DNA from: Cycas panzhihuaensis
Taxonomy: Eukaryota > Plantae > Cycadophyta
DNA: 64,000 bases
Direction of reading: 5' to 3'
Assembly: GCA_023213395.1 (NCBI GenBank)
Contig: CM041465.1
Span: 158,169,741 to 158,233,740 of the forward strand
Shown: piece by piece, positions 12,101 through 25,097 of the stretch
Layout: each line of letters starts with the position of its first letter
Position numbering within the stretch: position 1 is the stretch's first letter
The notes under the pieces: model-generated
Seen by the model: the letters and a program-made list of their open reading frames with translations, nothing else
The model's database searches: none
What the model was told of the DNA's origin: nothing
Made by a program: the position numbers and the translations under genes

Positions 12101-13781
12101 AGTACTAGTATTATGAATAAGAAATATGCCTTTAACCCCTCCATGGTGATCTTTCTATTTGTAATTATTAGTGCTCTATGATTAAGGGTTCAAAGCATAA
12201 TTTAACATCATATTTCATAGAGTGAATAGAAATAAAAATTAATACATGACTAGTAAGGAGACCCTAAACACATGAAATATTTACCCCCTTGGTAACTAAA
12301 TCTCAATAGAAGGAATGATATAAGATATTGATAGTTGACAATAATCTTTAGCTACAAGTATTGCATGGGAATACGATGAATAAGAACATCTACTTTAGTA
12401 TTGGTAGCTTTATGGATATGATGGATTTAGATATGGGGAAATTATACTAAGAGAGAGTTAATTAAGTTGGCAACCATACAAAGTTAAGGGCTAAGGGTTT
12501 GATATGTGTCAATTAACTAGTGAGCAACCAAGAGGGAATCTATATAAAGGATGATGTGAGAGAGATGGGTATGAATCACATCTTGAAGGGCATCTATAAC
12601 AACAACATACTCAACTAGGTTATTAATGTTAAGGGGAATGAAAAAACCTGCACTCATGATGATCTAACTAGAAAGATCTTGAATCTAGATGGTAGTTGAA
12701 GGCTTATGATTCCCTCAAATTCCCTCATTAGTATAGGTAAGATATGTTATGGATATAGTCATGACTCATGGAAGAGAAATCAAAGAGCTACTAGATGGAT
12801 AGAGGAGAATAGTAAATGGTTAGAGGAAAGTTGTTTGAGTGGTATCTCAAATGGAAATAGGCATTTAAAGGTAGCTAAGGGATAGAAGATGACAACTATA
12901 ATAGGATTAGATCTAGGCAAAATCCTCGATGGGTCAAATAAAGTTGAATCCAAAAGACCTATTAGGAACATCCATCCAGATCTGAACTACTAAATAGTAG
13001 GTGGAGATAAGGTTGTTACACAATCTACCCTAGATTCTTAGATGGTGTTGTTGAGGGGATGTTTATTAACTAAGAAACTTGATACTTGATACTAGGGTGA
13101 TAACTACATTAGGGTTTGATTCGAGTGAGGGCTTTGGTGGGCCATAATAATGCCAAATTTTAAGAACCTACTAGACATGATAAATCTAAATCCAAACTGC
13201 TAAGAGATAGGTGAGGATAGGGTCATCATTCAACCTACTCTAAATGCTAATATGATGTTATTAAAAGGATGGTTGATGACTTTATTATTATAAAAACATA
13301 TTTTTTTATTTAGGTTTATGTTATAATGTCAAACAAGAATTGATTGCTAGAGGGGATTAATGAGTTATAACTAGGATCAAAAGTCACTAAATAACCTACA
13401 TAATCTAGACCCAAACTACCAACTAGTAGGTAGAGATGTGATTGATACATAACTTGCCTTGGATGATAAGGTAGTGTTCTATGATAACAAGCAATTGGGA
13501 ACAAGCGATAGGTTTGCTATATCATGAATGCCTAGTATATCTGGATAAATATTTAATGGAATAGAAGGATTATATGATTCCCCAATAAACCCTAGGAGAT
13601 AAGAAGAATATGGAAAATCAAAAGACTTTGAGTTGGTAATATGTAAGTGTGATTATAATATAAGGATAGTCGAGACAGTGAAAAAAAGAGTGGGAAACAA
13701 AAAATCTAGACTATTGCAAGTAGATTAAATGAGTCTAAGAGGTAATGGAATGAGTGTGACATTATCCTTCATAAGGAGCAA
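9181..13781 (-). mobile_element. Heavily decayed retroelement DNA (probable non-chromovirus Gypsy leader/LTR and gag remnant)
   Basis: Strong purine/pyrimidine strand skew and weak gag-like translation near 12100-12500. It is the left flank of the G1 insertion. No boundaries or TSD resolved. Confidence 0.35.
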
Positions 13782-14134
13782 TATAGTAGAATAAGCATCT
13801 ATTACTATCTTTACACATAACTTCAAGTATTATCCAATATAAATACAATAAAGAAGGTATTTTATGCATAGAGTAGTTACTAATAAAATCTCTTAATGAG
13901 AAGATTCAATTAAATTTAAAAATACATAATGATTAATTACAAGAACAGGAGAAATTTATACAAGTGGTATGCAACTATTTAAATGAGTTCTTACCTTTTC
14001 ATATCTCCCACTAAGTACCTTTTGACATCTCTTACCAAATATTTAAATATTAAACTACTTAATAAGTTCAATTAATGGCTTACTACTATGGTTACTAACC
14101 AAGTTATAAGAAGTATAATAAGTCTTCCCCCTTC

Positions 14135-17002
14135 GAGATACTTTACCCTTAAAGCATTGGAAGGTTAGAGAACCTCCTTAAGATCTCCTTAGATTCCTAG
14201 GTGGTATTAATGGGAAGAAAGGACTACCATTTGATTAAATATTCCTTAATTATTTGATGTCATAATTATTTAGTATAAGTATTAAGGATTACCTATAGGG
14301 TGAGAATAACTTGGCCTTTATTATCGAGGATGGGTAACTTTGACTAAGGAATAATCTAGAGTCTAATTTTTGGTTTGAGGCTAGAGACATGAAAGACATT
14401 ATAAATCTGGGCTCCAGGTATATCCAAGGCATATGCAACAATACCAATCTACTGTAGTATTTAAAATGTTCCATAAAATTAAGGGGTAACCTTTTATTTT
14501 CTAGAGGCTTTAAGAGAAGACTATTTATAAGGTTATATTCTTATGAATACCTAGTCACCTAGATTGAATTAATGCTCATAATAATGGTTATTAACTTATT
14601 TATTCATACGACTTTGGTCTACTTGAAGATTACCCTTGAGAGCTTAGATCAAGTCATTTGTTTGTTACTAAATTTGTTCAATAGCTAGTGTCTTGTTTGT
14701 TTTAGAAAAAAATAAATTGATGTCTCGTGGTGGATAGTTGTAAAGTGCTAGAAAGGGAGATATCATTATAGTTGAATGGTATGAAGCATTGTATCCATAC
14801 TCTACTAGATGTAACTATTGCACCCATTAGGATTGCTTGTCTCTAATGAAATAACGCAGATGACCTTTAAGGTATTTATTAACAACATTAGTTTGTCCAT
14901 CTATTTGTGGGTGGTAGATGGTACTCATTTACAACTTTGTATCAACTAGTTGAAATAACTTAGTCCAAAATTTATTAGTGAACTCTAGCTCGTAGTCATT
15001 AACAATTATTTGGGAAAACCTATGAAGATGGTAAATGGTCTTCATAAATAAATTGTTAACTTGAGAGGAAGATGTTATGTTGTGGAGAGGTATAAGATAT
15101 ACATATTTTGTTGAGTGATCTATAATAACTAGATTAACATCTTTACTTACAGATTTGGGCAAATCTATAATAAAATCTATACTAATATCAGTCCACTTAT
15201 GATTCAGAATAAGTAAGGGTTGAAGTAGACCTAGAAGCTTAACTGCTTCTACTTTTTGTCACTAATAAGTATCATAAGAGGCAATGAAGCGTTGAATATC
15301 AATTTTCTACCGTAGCTAGTAAAAGAACCTTTTGATGCAATCATACATTTCATCAAACCTAGAATAGCTAGAGAATGATGTGGCATGCGCCTCCTTAGGG
15401 ATAGTCCTTTTTAATGTTAAATCTTGAGCAAGTAAATCCTATCTTTGTATAATAATATATTTCCATGGAGTGATAAATTTGGTGAGAACTTACCCTAGAG
15501 GAACTCTTGTATCTTTGCTTTTATTATTAGTCCATTATTATAATTAGCATGAAGTTGATTAATCCACATAGGAAGTGCTATAGAAATAGTGTTATAAGAG
15601 TCTTATTCATATTTCCTAGATAAGCTATCAACCACTATGTTATCCTTCCATTTCTTATATATAATGTTAAAATTAAAATATTGAATCCTTGTAAGCCATT
15701 TTAGTTATACCTCAGGTAAGATCAATTATTAAAGAAGATACTTAAGGCTGTGATGGTCTATATGCACTTGAATTTACTTCCAAAGAGGTATTAATGCTAT
15801 TTAGGTAAGGCATGAAGGATGTCTAGTATTTCTTTATTGTAAGTAGAGTAGGTTTGTTTATGAAGATTCAGCTTCTCACTCTTGAATGTTATGGGCCTCT
15901 TTTCTTGCATAAGGATAACACCAATACTAGTTTTAGATGCATCATAATGTAATTCAAATGGTTTAGTAAAAGTAAGTATTTCTAGAATGAGGGCAAAAGT
16001 AATTGCAACCTTTAAGTTGGCAAAGGCTTATTCTATTAAATTTGGCTATTAAAAGGTATTTTTCTTATAAAGATCAATAAATGGAGCTATAATGGAAGAG
16101 TAGTGTTGGATATTAGGCTTATAGAATCTTGCAAGTCGCAGGAACCCTAAGAGAGTTATGATTATTTTAAGTATTGGCTAGTCTAGAATGGTTTAAACGT
16201 TATTGGGATACATTTGAACACCATGGATGGAAATAATATGGCCCAAATATTTGATTGATTGTTGGCTAAAATGGAACTTGGTTTTCTTGGTGAACAAGTT
16301 ATTCTAGCTTAGAATTCCCAACACCTTATCTAAATGATTGAAGTGTTATTGCTAATTTTCATTGTAAATTAAAATGCCATTGAAGAATACCATGATAAAC
16401 TTACATATGAAGGCACCTTATTCATTGTGGCTTGAAATATTTCTAGCACGTTCATGAGATGAAAGGAATGATCTTGAATTCACATAGTCCTTAGTATGTT
16501 CAAAAGGCTATCTTGGCATAGTCAATTATACTAATAGGGATATGATAATAGCTAGATTATAGATCAATTTTTGAGAAGAATGTTGCACCATAAAGTTTTG
16601 AAATGACATTATCCATTCTCAAAATGGGATATTTATTTTTTATTATAATTGCATTCAATGCCTGATAGTCAACATAAAGGTGAAAAAAACCATCTTTTTT
16701 ACATTCTAAGATGATTGGAGTTGCACATGTACTTTTACTATAATGAATATGAGTTCTAATAGGTCATTAGCAAGTCATTTGATCTTTATCTTTTTCTTAT
16801 TGGCATATCTATAAGGGTGGGTTGAGATTAGACCTTTGCCTAGTATGATTTCAATAATATATTCAAAACCATGATTTGGTGGAAGTCCAACTGGTAGGGA
16901 TTAGAAGTCTCATTTATGTTGGTGTAAGATATCTTAAAAGGTGTGGGTTTGGTCTAACTTAAGAGATTCTTATAGTGTGCTTGCCTCAATAAAAAAGAGA
17001 TG
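14135..17002 (-). pseudogene. pol: G1 pol: RT, RNase H, integrase, chromodomain
   Basis: Integrase ORF 14929-15162 (VIIDHSTKYVYLIP..FTNKFWTKLF). Chromodomain KEYLIKW*SFLPINTT*ES at ~14190-14250. RT motifs at ~16100-16750. Many stops. Confidence 0.85.
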
Positions 17003-18857
17003 GCAATTGCTAAAATAATATTATCTTATTCTGTAAATATTTACTTGTTATAATATTATCTTTATAAAAATCATTTTATCAATGTTACCTTTATAAAAGT
17101 CACTCTATTAATGTTAGTATATTATACTTAATTATATAGTTTGTTGAAATGGCAAACAACTCATTTCAATGAACCCTTCTTCCTCCTTAAAATTCTCCTC
17201 CTAGATTCTTGGAGGTTGGTCTATCCATCTATTTTGGTCTACTTATCCGTTGGTTTATTAGTTATATTAGCCAAAGATTGGTGAGGTAGAGGTTACACAG
17301 AAGGTTAATCTAGCATAAGTGAGAGAGGATGAGATCCTCTAAATTTGTAATGTATTTTCATTATTATTAATATCATTTATTATTTTAGGAGGTAGTTTTT
17401 TCATCCCCACTAAGGGGGTTTCTCCACATGTCAAATCCTATGTTATGGTGATGTTGATGATTTAAGTTGCTACCTATGATCATATATTTGTTATGAATAT
17501 TTGAATACAAAAATAATTTGTAATTTTTATTTGATTTATTATAATGCATAAATTAATTTATACCTCTCTCCAACATGGTATCATAGTAAGATATTCTAAC
17601 TTTTTTTTGGAGGGATGAACTCTAATTAGTTTTAGGACTTTATAACTATGCATTAGATTTAACTCTTCAAAATTCCAGCCAATATATTCTTTCTTTTATC
17701 ATATTCAGTTTTACATACTCAAATAAATTACAATTCTTTTTTTTTAAGAGAAATAACAACAAAGAATTTATTATACAAAGTATTAAAATAAATATAACAA
17801 AATATATTTCTTTTCTAAAATCAAAATCTATTTTTGTTTATTGATCAACTAAGTACATATAAAGGTCTGTAAAAGACCTGATTACAAACAGAATGAGGAT
17901 TTATAAAATCTCTCTAATTTCTGCTTAAAATCTTAACCTATTCTACTTACCAATAACTCATCATCCATAAATACTAGAGAGTCTAAGATATTAAGAATAG
18001 TCTTTGCCTCCACTATAAAATCAAACAGAGATGCCAACCACACGTACAAGTCATACAGACAAAGCTCTCATGCACAAGCATAAAAGTTAGAGATAAACTA
18101 AAAACCATATGCAACCCTCTTTCTCGTTGAAGCCACACCTTTAGCCAATCAATGGGGACACCATAATAACCACGAAGAAATGATGTCTCACCCAGGTTCC
18201 ATAACAAGAGAGGGAGACACCATAGCCAGAAGGAGACATAGAAGATGAAGATGCCATTACCTGCATAGATCAAATAAATATTAGATAGATGTGAAGAAAT
18301 GTCATTGTTCCACACAATAACCATAGATATATGAGAATTATAGAGACCTAGAGAAAAGATGCATTAAATCCCTTTCAAGCATCAGATGTCCAAAGAAAGG
18401 ATGCTATTATGCCATAGATGCAACAACAAAAATGATTTGCAAAATACTTTGCAACTAGAATGCTTAACGGAGCTAAAGATACCATAATCAAAAGGAGATG
18501 TAGAGACGTAACCCTATATATATCACGTAGCCCTGCATATATCACACCCTCATAGTTTCCATTGATGGAGAGACAAAGATGAAGAGCCACTTGCAAATGA
18601 GTTTATTCAAAATCGTATATTTTCTAGGGTTAATTTACCTTTATGTTAGGTAGACATCAAAGCTCTATTGATTTCTATATATTTCTTTTTTTAATATTTG
18701 TTTAATATAATTTTGGATCTACCACCTACCATTTCTAATCCTTATTTTATATTTAATTTAATTTAATTAATTAATTTATTTTTATAAGGTTAGAAATGTT
18801 AAACTAAATTATAATAGTTAGTCAAGTCCACTAGCTTCCTAGGAGCTCTTTCGTGCA

Positions 18858-20486
18858 ATGGAGGTTGGCACAGATGCAGCGACTAAGCTTGGAAGGAGGC
18901 TCTTAAGACCTAGAGATGATATGATCTGGGGTTTAGGAGGCTATTAAGCTAAGAGAGGTCCTCTGCATGGGAGTCAGGAGATACCAGTGCTAGGGGAGGA
19001 GATTACTCAGGGGTGGTGGGTCGTGTTTACTCCTTCTCAGCACTAGAAGGAGACATGGGATAGTAAGGACGTCAAGCCAAAGGATAGAAAGTAGAGGCCA
19101 CTTAGGAAGGATTTAGACTAGGTACTCTCTGGATTCTATATTTAACTTAGTGAGACATACTAGATCTAATGTTCTCCTTATGTATTTAATATTATTATGG
19201 AGGAACCTTTAAAGAAAAAAGATTAGATATCTACCCCAAACTAGACCCATTCTTCCCTTCAGAGAAAGTCATGTCTAGATATCTTAAACACTATCAAAAT
19301 AGAAGCATTCGAGATAAACCCCATGGTGGACAATGACAAGATAAAAATTACAGTTCCCAAAGGGCTATCAGATAGGTTAGAGAAACTCTGGGATAACAAC
19401 GTTGTTGGGTATTTCTCAGGCCCTAGGCCAGGGGTAGATCCCATTAGGAAATGGATCAGCCAGTGCTAGAAGCTAAAGGGTTTGAATGAGGTTATTTCAC
19501 TTCCTAAAGGTTGTGTCTTATTTAAGTTTTCTTGTCACGAGGACATGGTAAATATCCTCCTAAATTCACCCTAGATGATGGGGAGGAAGGTGGTCCTACT
19601 AGAAAAATAGCATCCAAACTTTGATCTGGTTGAGGGATCCATAAAGAAAATTCCACTATGGGTACAACTCCCTGGTCTCCCTCTTAAAGCATGGGATGTA
19701 GATGTCATAAAAGGAGTAGCAAAGGCTATAGGGCCTCTTCTCGTAGTGGACTCAGCAACAAAGAATATGAGTAGACTAATTAATGCCAGGTTTTGTGTCA
19801 TGGATAAAATTGACAAACCTCTTCTTGAGTGCATGATATTTGATGGATGTGGATGGTATAGAGAATAAAGATTAGTATACAATCTTGAAAGTATGGGATG
19901 CCTAAAATGTAAACACTTGGGGTATCTACCTCATAGCTACCCTGGCATACTATAGCTAAGCTCCATAGACCCCCCTGTTGAGGAGGAAAAGGAAAAGGTT
20001 GATCAAGAGGACCCCAAAGCCCTAGAAGAGCCATTAAGATGTGCAGACTCTTAGAATCTTCAGGACTGGGATCTAGACCATTCAAAGGAAGGGATAGAGA
20101 CTAGAGTAACAGAGATAGGGCATGAGTTAAATTTTGAGGAGGAGGACACTTTATTTGAAGAGGGAGAGGTTGAAATAAAGACCCCCATAGATGTTATTCA
20201 ACTTTAGAATGCATATATCCAACATGAAAATGATAAGGAAGGAAGCCTCTCATCAAAGAAAAAGACGGAGAAGGTTTGGAAGGTAAGACACACAGGAACT
20301 CAGGAAGTGACTAAGGAGCTAGATCCTATTAAAGGTCCTAATGTTAGCAGTGAGGAATGGCCTGGAAGGCCATCATTGAAGGTGATGTGGGAGAGAGAGG
20401 CAACACTTCAGATAGATTAGGGAATACAATGTACCCTTAAGGATGGAGGCCCATCACAAGGGCCTAAAATAAGGAGCAAGAGATGA
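18858..20486 (+). pseudogene. LINE ORF1 (DUF4283/RRM-like plus zinc-knuckle region)
   Basis: Plus-strand translation at ~19385-19800: LWDNNVVGYFSGPRPG...IPLWVQLPGLPLKAWD...AIGPLLVVDSAT...ARFCV, typical of plant L1 ORF1. Stops present; ends approximate. Confidence 0.85.
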
Positions 20487-20533
20487 GGAAGGTCCCCAAT
20501 AGTGGGGGGGGGGGGGGGGGGGGGGGAGTAATT

Positions 20534-23500
20534 ATGAAGATCACCTCTTAGAATATGCAGGGTATTAATGCCTCATCTAAATATAGAATGATCAAAGACT
20601 TGTAGAGTAGAATGAAGCTAGATATTATGATGATTCAGGAAATAAAACTGCTAGCTAAGAATAGAGCTATGGTTAAGAATAAAATATGGAAGGGAGTTGA
20701 GTGGATTGTCCTAGATGGGATTAGAGGGTCTGGTAGGTTGGCTACCATGTGGAACCCTAGAAGCTAGTCTAGTAAGGAGTATATCACTGAGGACCACTTT
20801 ATATCTTACTAGATAATAAGTAAAAACTCTAATCGCAAGTGGCTTGTCACTAATGTGTATGCACCCCTGATGCAGGATGGGAGGAAGTGACTATAGAGTA
20901 GGATTCTGGAGGCCCATAAGGAATGGGCAGGCCCCTGGGTGATTGTTGGCATCTTCAACATGGCCCTTTCTCCTAATGAGAAGAAAGGGGGCCAGGTAGA
21001 GTGGATAAGAAGCATGGAGGACCTAGGGGACTTTATGCAGAAAGGTGGGCTAATGGATGTCCCTTTGAGGGGGAACAAATTTACCTGGTCTAATAGAATA
21101 TTATGATCTAATCACATCTAGGTCAGACTAGATAGAGTTATGGTTAACAATGCCTGGGCTAGCCAACATAGTAATATCAGTTTAGAAGCCCTGTCGAAGA
21201 CTGTGTTAGATCGTGCCTCACTATTACTAGGATTTGATGAGAACAAAGGTCATATGAGCCCCTCTTTCTAATTCAAGCTCATGTGGACAAAGGACCTAGG
21301 CTTTCGAGGGTTGATGGAGGAATGGTAGAAGACCTTTATGGATGGGTGCGCGATATGGAGATTCTCAAAGAAACTAATCTGGGTAAAGTTCCAGATCAAG
21401 GTCTAGAATAAGAACATCCATGGAGATATATTCATAAAGAAGGATTAAACCCTGGAGTAGTTAAAAGTTCTAGAGGAGCAAATTTAGGAGAAAGGGAGAT
21501 CCATCCCTCTGCATTAAGAAGAAAGAAGGCTTTTATCCAAACTTGAGGGTGTTCTATCAAAGGAGGAAGTTTTTTGGAAATAAAGTTTGAGAGCTTTGTG
21601 GCTTGCTGAGGGGGATACAAATATAAAATTATTCCATACGACAACCGTAAAATATAAAGATAGCAATTAGATTAAAGCTATGATTAACAACTACGGGGAG
21701 ACAATATCAAATCGGGAGGCCATTAAGGGAGCAGCTGTGGAGTGCTTTTTGGAACTCTACAAGGAACCAGGCTGTATTGATGAGATAATCAGAAGAGAGG
21801 TTCTAACTTTGATCCCAAACCTGGTTGGAAGTGACATAAATAGAGTTTTGGAAGCTCCCTTCTTATTGGAAGAGGTGAGGAAAGTTGTTTTTGGAATGAA
21901 GAAGGAAAAAGCCCCTGGGCTAGATGGGTTCCCTCTTGGTTTTTATGAAGAATATTAGGACATCATAAAGGATGACCTTTACAAAGCTGTCAAAGAATTC
22001 CATGTGAATGGGAGGATCCATGGGGAATGGCAATCCACATTCCTGGTCCTAATTCTGAAGAAAGAAGATGCTAGAAGAATCCCAGACTATAGGCCTATTA
22101 GTCTATGCAATGTAAAATATAAGATCTTAGCAAAGATCCTTGCAAACAGGCTAAAAGAATTTCTCCCAATGATAATAGATAAGAATCAGGATGGGTTCAT
22201 GAAGGGTAGATAAATCATGGATGGAATAATCATGGTTCATGAAACTATCCATTTGATAGTCCAGAGGAAATACCTTGGGATGATTATTGAGATCGACTAG
22301 TCAAAAGCCTATAACAAAGTCTCGTGGGGGTGTTTGTTAGATTGTATTAGAGCATTTGGATTCAGAGATCATTGGAGATCTTGGATTAAGAGTTGCATCT
22401 TAAATCCTAGATTTTTTGTAATCATAAATGGTTCCTCCTCAGCTTTTTTCCTAGGGTATAGAGGCCTAAGATAAGGGGACCCCTTGGCTCCTTATATGTT
22501 CATTATTTTGGATGAGTTCATTAGAAGGTCCATAGAGGATGCTAGGTCATCTGGAAAGATTGAGGGTTTAAAAGTCACGTTAGGGTTAGATAATATTGTT
22601 CATCATTACTTTGTGGATGATAATATTATGCTATATAAGGTAGTTATAAAGGAATCTAGAACATTAAAAATTTAATTGGAAAGACTAGAGGGTGTAACGA
22701 ATCAGAAGATAAACCTGGATAAGAGTAATAACCTTTTTCTGAATACTCTAGAAAATACTCAAAGAGCTATAAGCAGGGTCCTAGAAATGTAGATCAAGCC
22801 ATTACCCACTCCATATGATGCCCCTATTTTATGGAAAAATGGAGAAGGTCCTTTAGAACTTGATCATTAGTAGGATCTAAAGGAAGTTAACTAGATAGAA
22901 AGGGGCCTTGCTAAGCTAATCGAGGAAACTCTAGTTGTTAGTGGCTTTGTTACAGAGCATCCCTACCTATATGATGTCCTCGTTTAGGTGCCTTGGGAAG
23001 GTCATATGCACCCCTGAATCTATTCAAAAAAGATTTCTATGATCTAGGGTTGAGGACAGGGAGAGAATTCATTTAATATCTTAGGAGAAAGTGTGCTTCC
23101 CTAAATGGGTGAAGGGCTTGAATGTTAAGGACATAACTTGTTTTAACAAAGCACTGGTAGCTAAGTTAGGGTGGTGTCTTGCTATTAAGGAAGACAGGCT
23201 TTGGTACAAGATCATGGCTCACAAATACCTTAGGGATAACCAGTATCTAAATGCTAATCCTGGGATTCAAGGGTCATCCATCTGGAGGAGTTTAGTGTAT
23301 GCGAGAAAAATGCTAGCGAAGGGGGTCCAGTGGAACCTAAGGGATGGAAAAACTATCAATTTCTAGGAGAACACCTGGCACACTTAATCTTAGCTAAACA
23401 AGAGGCAAACTCTTGCCCCTCTTCAGCACGTAAGTGAAATCCATTATGGAAAGAAGGTTATAGACTCTTGGGAGAGTAGGGAGGGTGAGAAGAAATGGAA

Positions 23501-24733
23501 GAGCTTTGAAGATCTGCCCTGTGCTTAGGAGGATGAGCAGTATATTGCTAAACTAAAGAAGGAGTTAAATGATATTTATATTCCTAGATTCCCTAAAGGT
23601 GACACCATGGTCTAGCCTAATTCACCCTTTGGAACATACATAATTAAAGTTGGTTATCTTTTCCTAATAATAGAAAAAGATATGACTGAAAATAAGCTCC
23701 TGGGTGGAGTGTGGAAGCTAGGTCTCCTTCCTAAGATAGCCATTTTTTAGTGGCTCTATCTTAAGAATAAGATTTTAACATTAGAGAACCTCAAGAAGAG
23801 GGGTTTCCAACTAGCTAATAGATGCACTCTATGTTTACAGGAGGAGGAGACCTTGGATCATATGTTTTTGCATTGCCCCTATTTGAGGGAGGTGTGGATG
23901 ATTCTATGGAAATATTTCAGTGTTTTCTGGGTTCTCCCTGGAATGGTTAAGAACCTTGTTGAGGCTTGGGAGTGCCCCTTCAAGTGTAGGATGATATGCT
24001 CCTTGTGGTTATCGTCCCTCCCCACGCTTTTGTGGAACATATAGAAAGAAAGGAATAGACACATCTTCCCAGATAAAAGAACAAGTGAATCCAAACTTTT
24101 TTGGATTACTATGGCAACTTTGAAAGAGACTTTGAAGGTTAAAGAAAAGGCCTTTATGTCTCCGAAGGACAAAAAAATCCTAGTAAATTAGGGCATTAAA
24201 AATATCAAGATGAATCCAAAGGAGGTAAGACACGGTAGATGGAGCCCTCCCCCGCTTGATTGGCTTAAGATAAATTTTGATGGTGTGTCAAAAGGTAATC
24301 CCAGGGAAGCTGGGGGGGAGGGGTCTGCAGAGATAGTAAAGGGAAGATCTTTTGGGCCTTTGCTGAATATTACAACATCTAGACCAATCATGAGGCAGAC
24401 ATCTGAGCTATGTGTAGAGCTATAGACCTGGCATTGAGCTTGGGGAGTCTGAGAATTATTGTGGAGGGGGATTCAAAGATTGTGATTAATTTTCTTAGAG
24501 GGGAAGTAGAGCTTGACTGGAAGCACTAGGCGATGATTGAAGATGCAAAGATGATGCTACATAAGACATACAATGTCCAGATGAACCATACCTATAGAGA
24601 TGAAAATGGGATCAGTGATCGAATTTCTAACTGGAGGGTTTAACATAGAAGATTTGAGCTTTAGAGGTTTGTCACTCCTAAGGAAATTGTAGGTCTAGTT
24701 AGATTGGATCTAGGGTGTTCTAGTTCTAGATGA
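20534..24733 (+). pseudogene. LINE ORF2: AP endonuclease, reverse transcriptase, zf-RVT, RNase H
   Basis: MKITS*NMQGIN (endonuclease start), KAPGLDGF, YRPISLCNVKYKILAK, DHMFLHC (zinc finger), WSPPPLDWLKINFDG..KGNP and IIVEGDSK (RNase H). Confidence 0.92.
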
Positions 24734-25097
24734 TATTGCATATCATGGTCAGCTAGATTGTGGGCTTGTCATGGTAAATTTTTGTAGCCACTCTGGTAGA
24801 TTCTGTATAGGGGTTGGAGTCCCCTTTTAATCCCCACATTTATTTTAAACCATATAAAAAAAAAGTCCACTAGCTTCCTTCCCACTAGCCCCCCGGTTAC
24901 GCAAGCCTCCTATATGACCTCAGTCTAAAGTCAAAAAGGGACTTAACCCTTATTCCCTTTTTTATTAATCATTAAAAAAGGAGTACTTGTGCTTTTCTGA
25001 CCATAATTTCATTATACAAAGTCCAAATTTGATTTTGGAAGATACGTTAGATTTGTAATTCAGATATGGATGAACTAACTAGTCACTCAAACCAACA

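Larger units (their letters stand above)
18841..24862 (+). mobile_element. Full-length L1-clade LINE (~6.0 kb) inserted in the C1 5' leader
   Basis: Perfect 17-bp TSD AAGTCCACTAGCTTCCT at 18824-18840 and 24863-24879. Poly(A) from 24856. ORF1 and ORF2 both present. Confidence 0.95.

Noticed and set aside
19259-24391. Minus-strand ORFs within the LINE (e.g. 19571-19882, 20809-21078, 23879-24172)
   Set aside because: Antisense shadows of ORF1/ORF2 with no independent motif.
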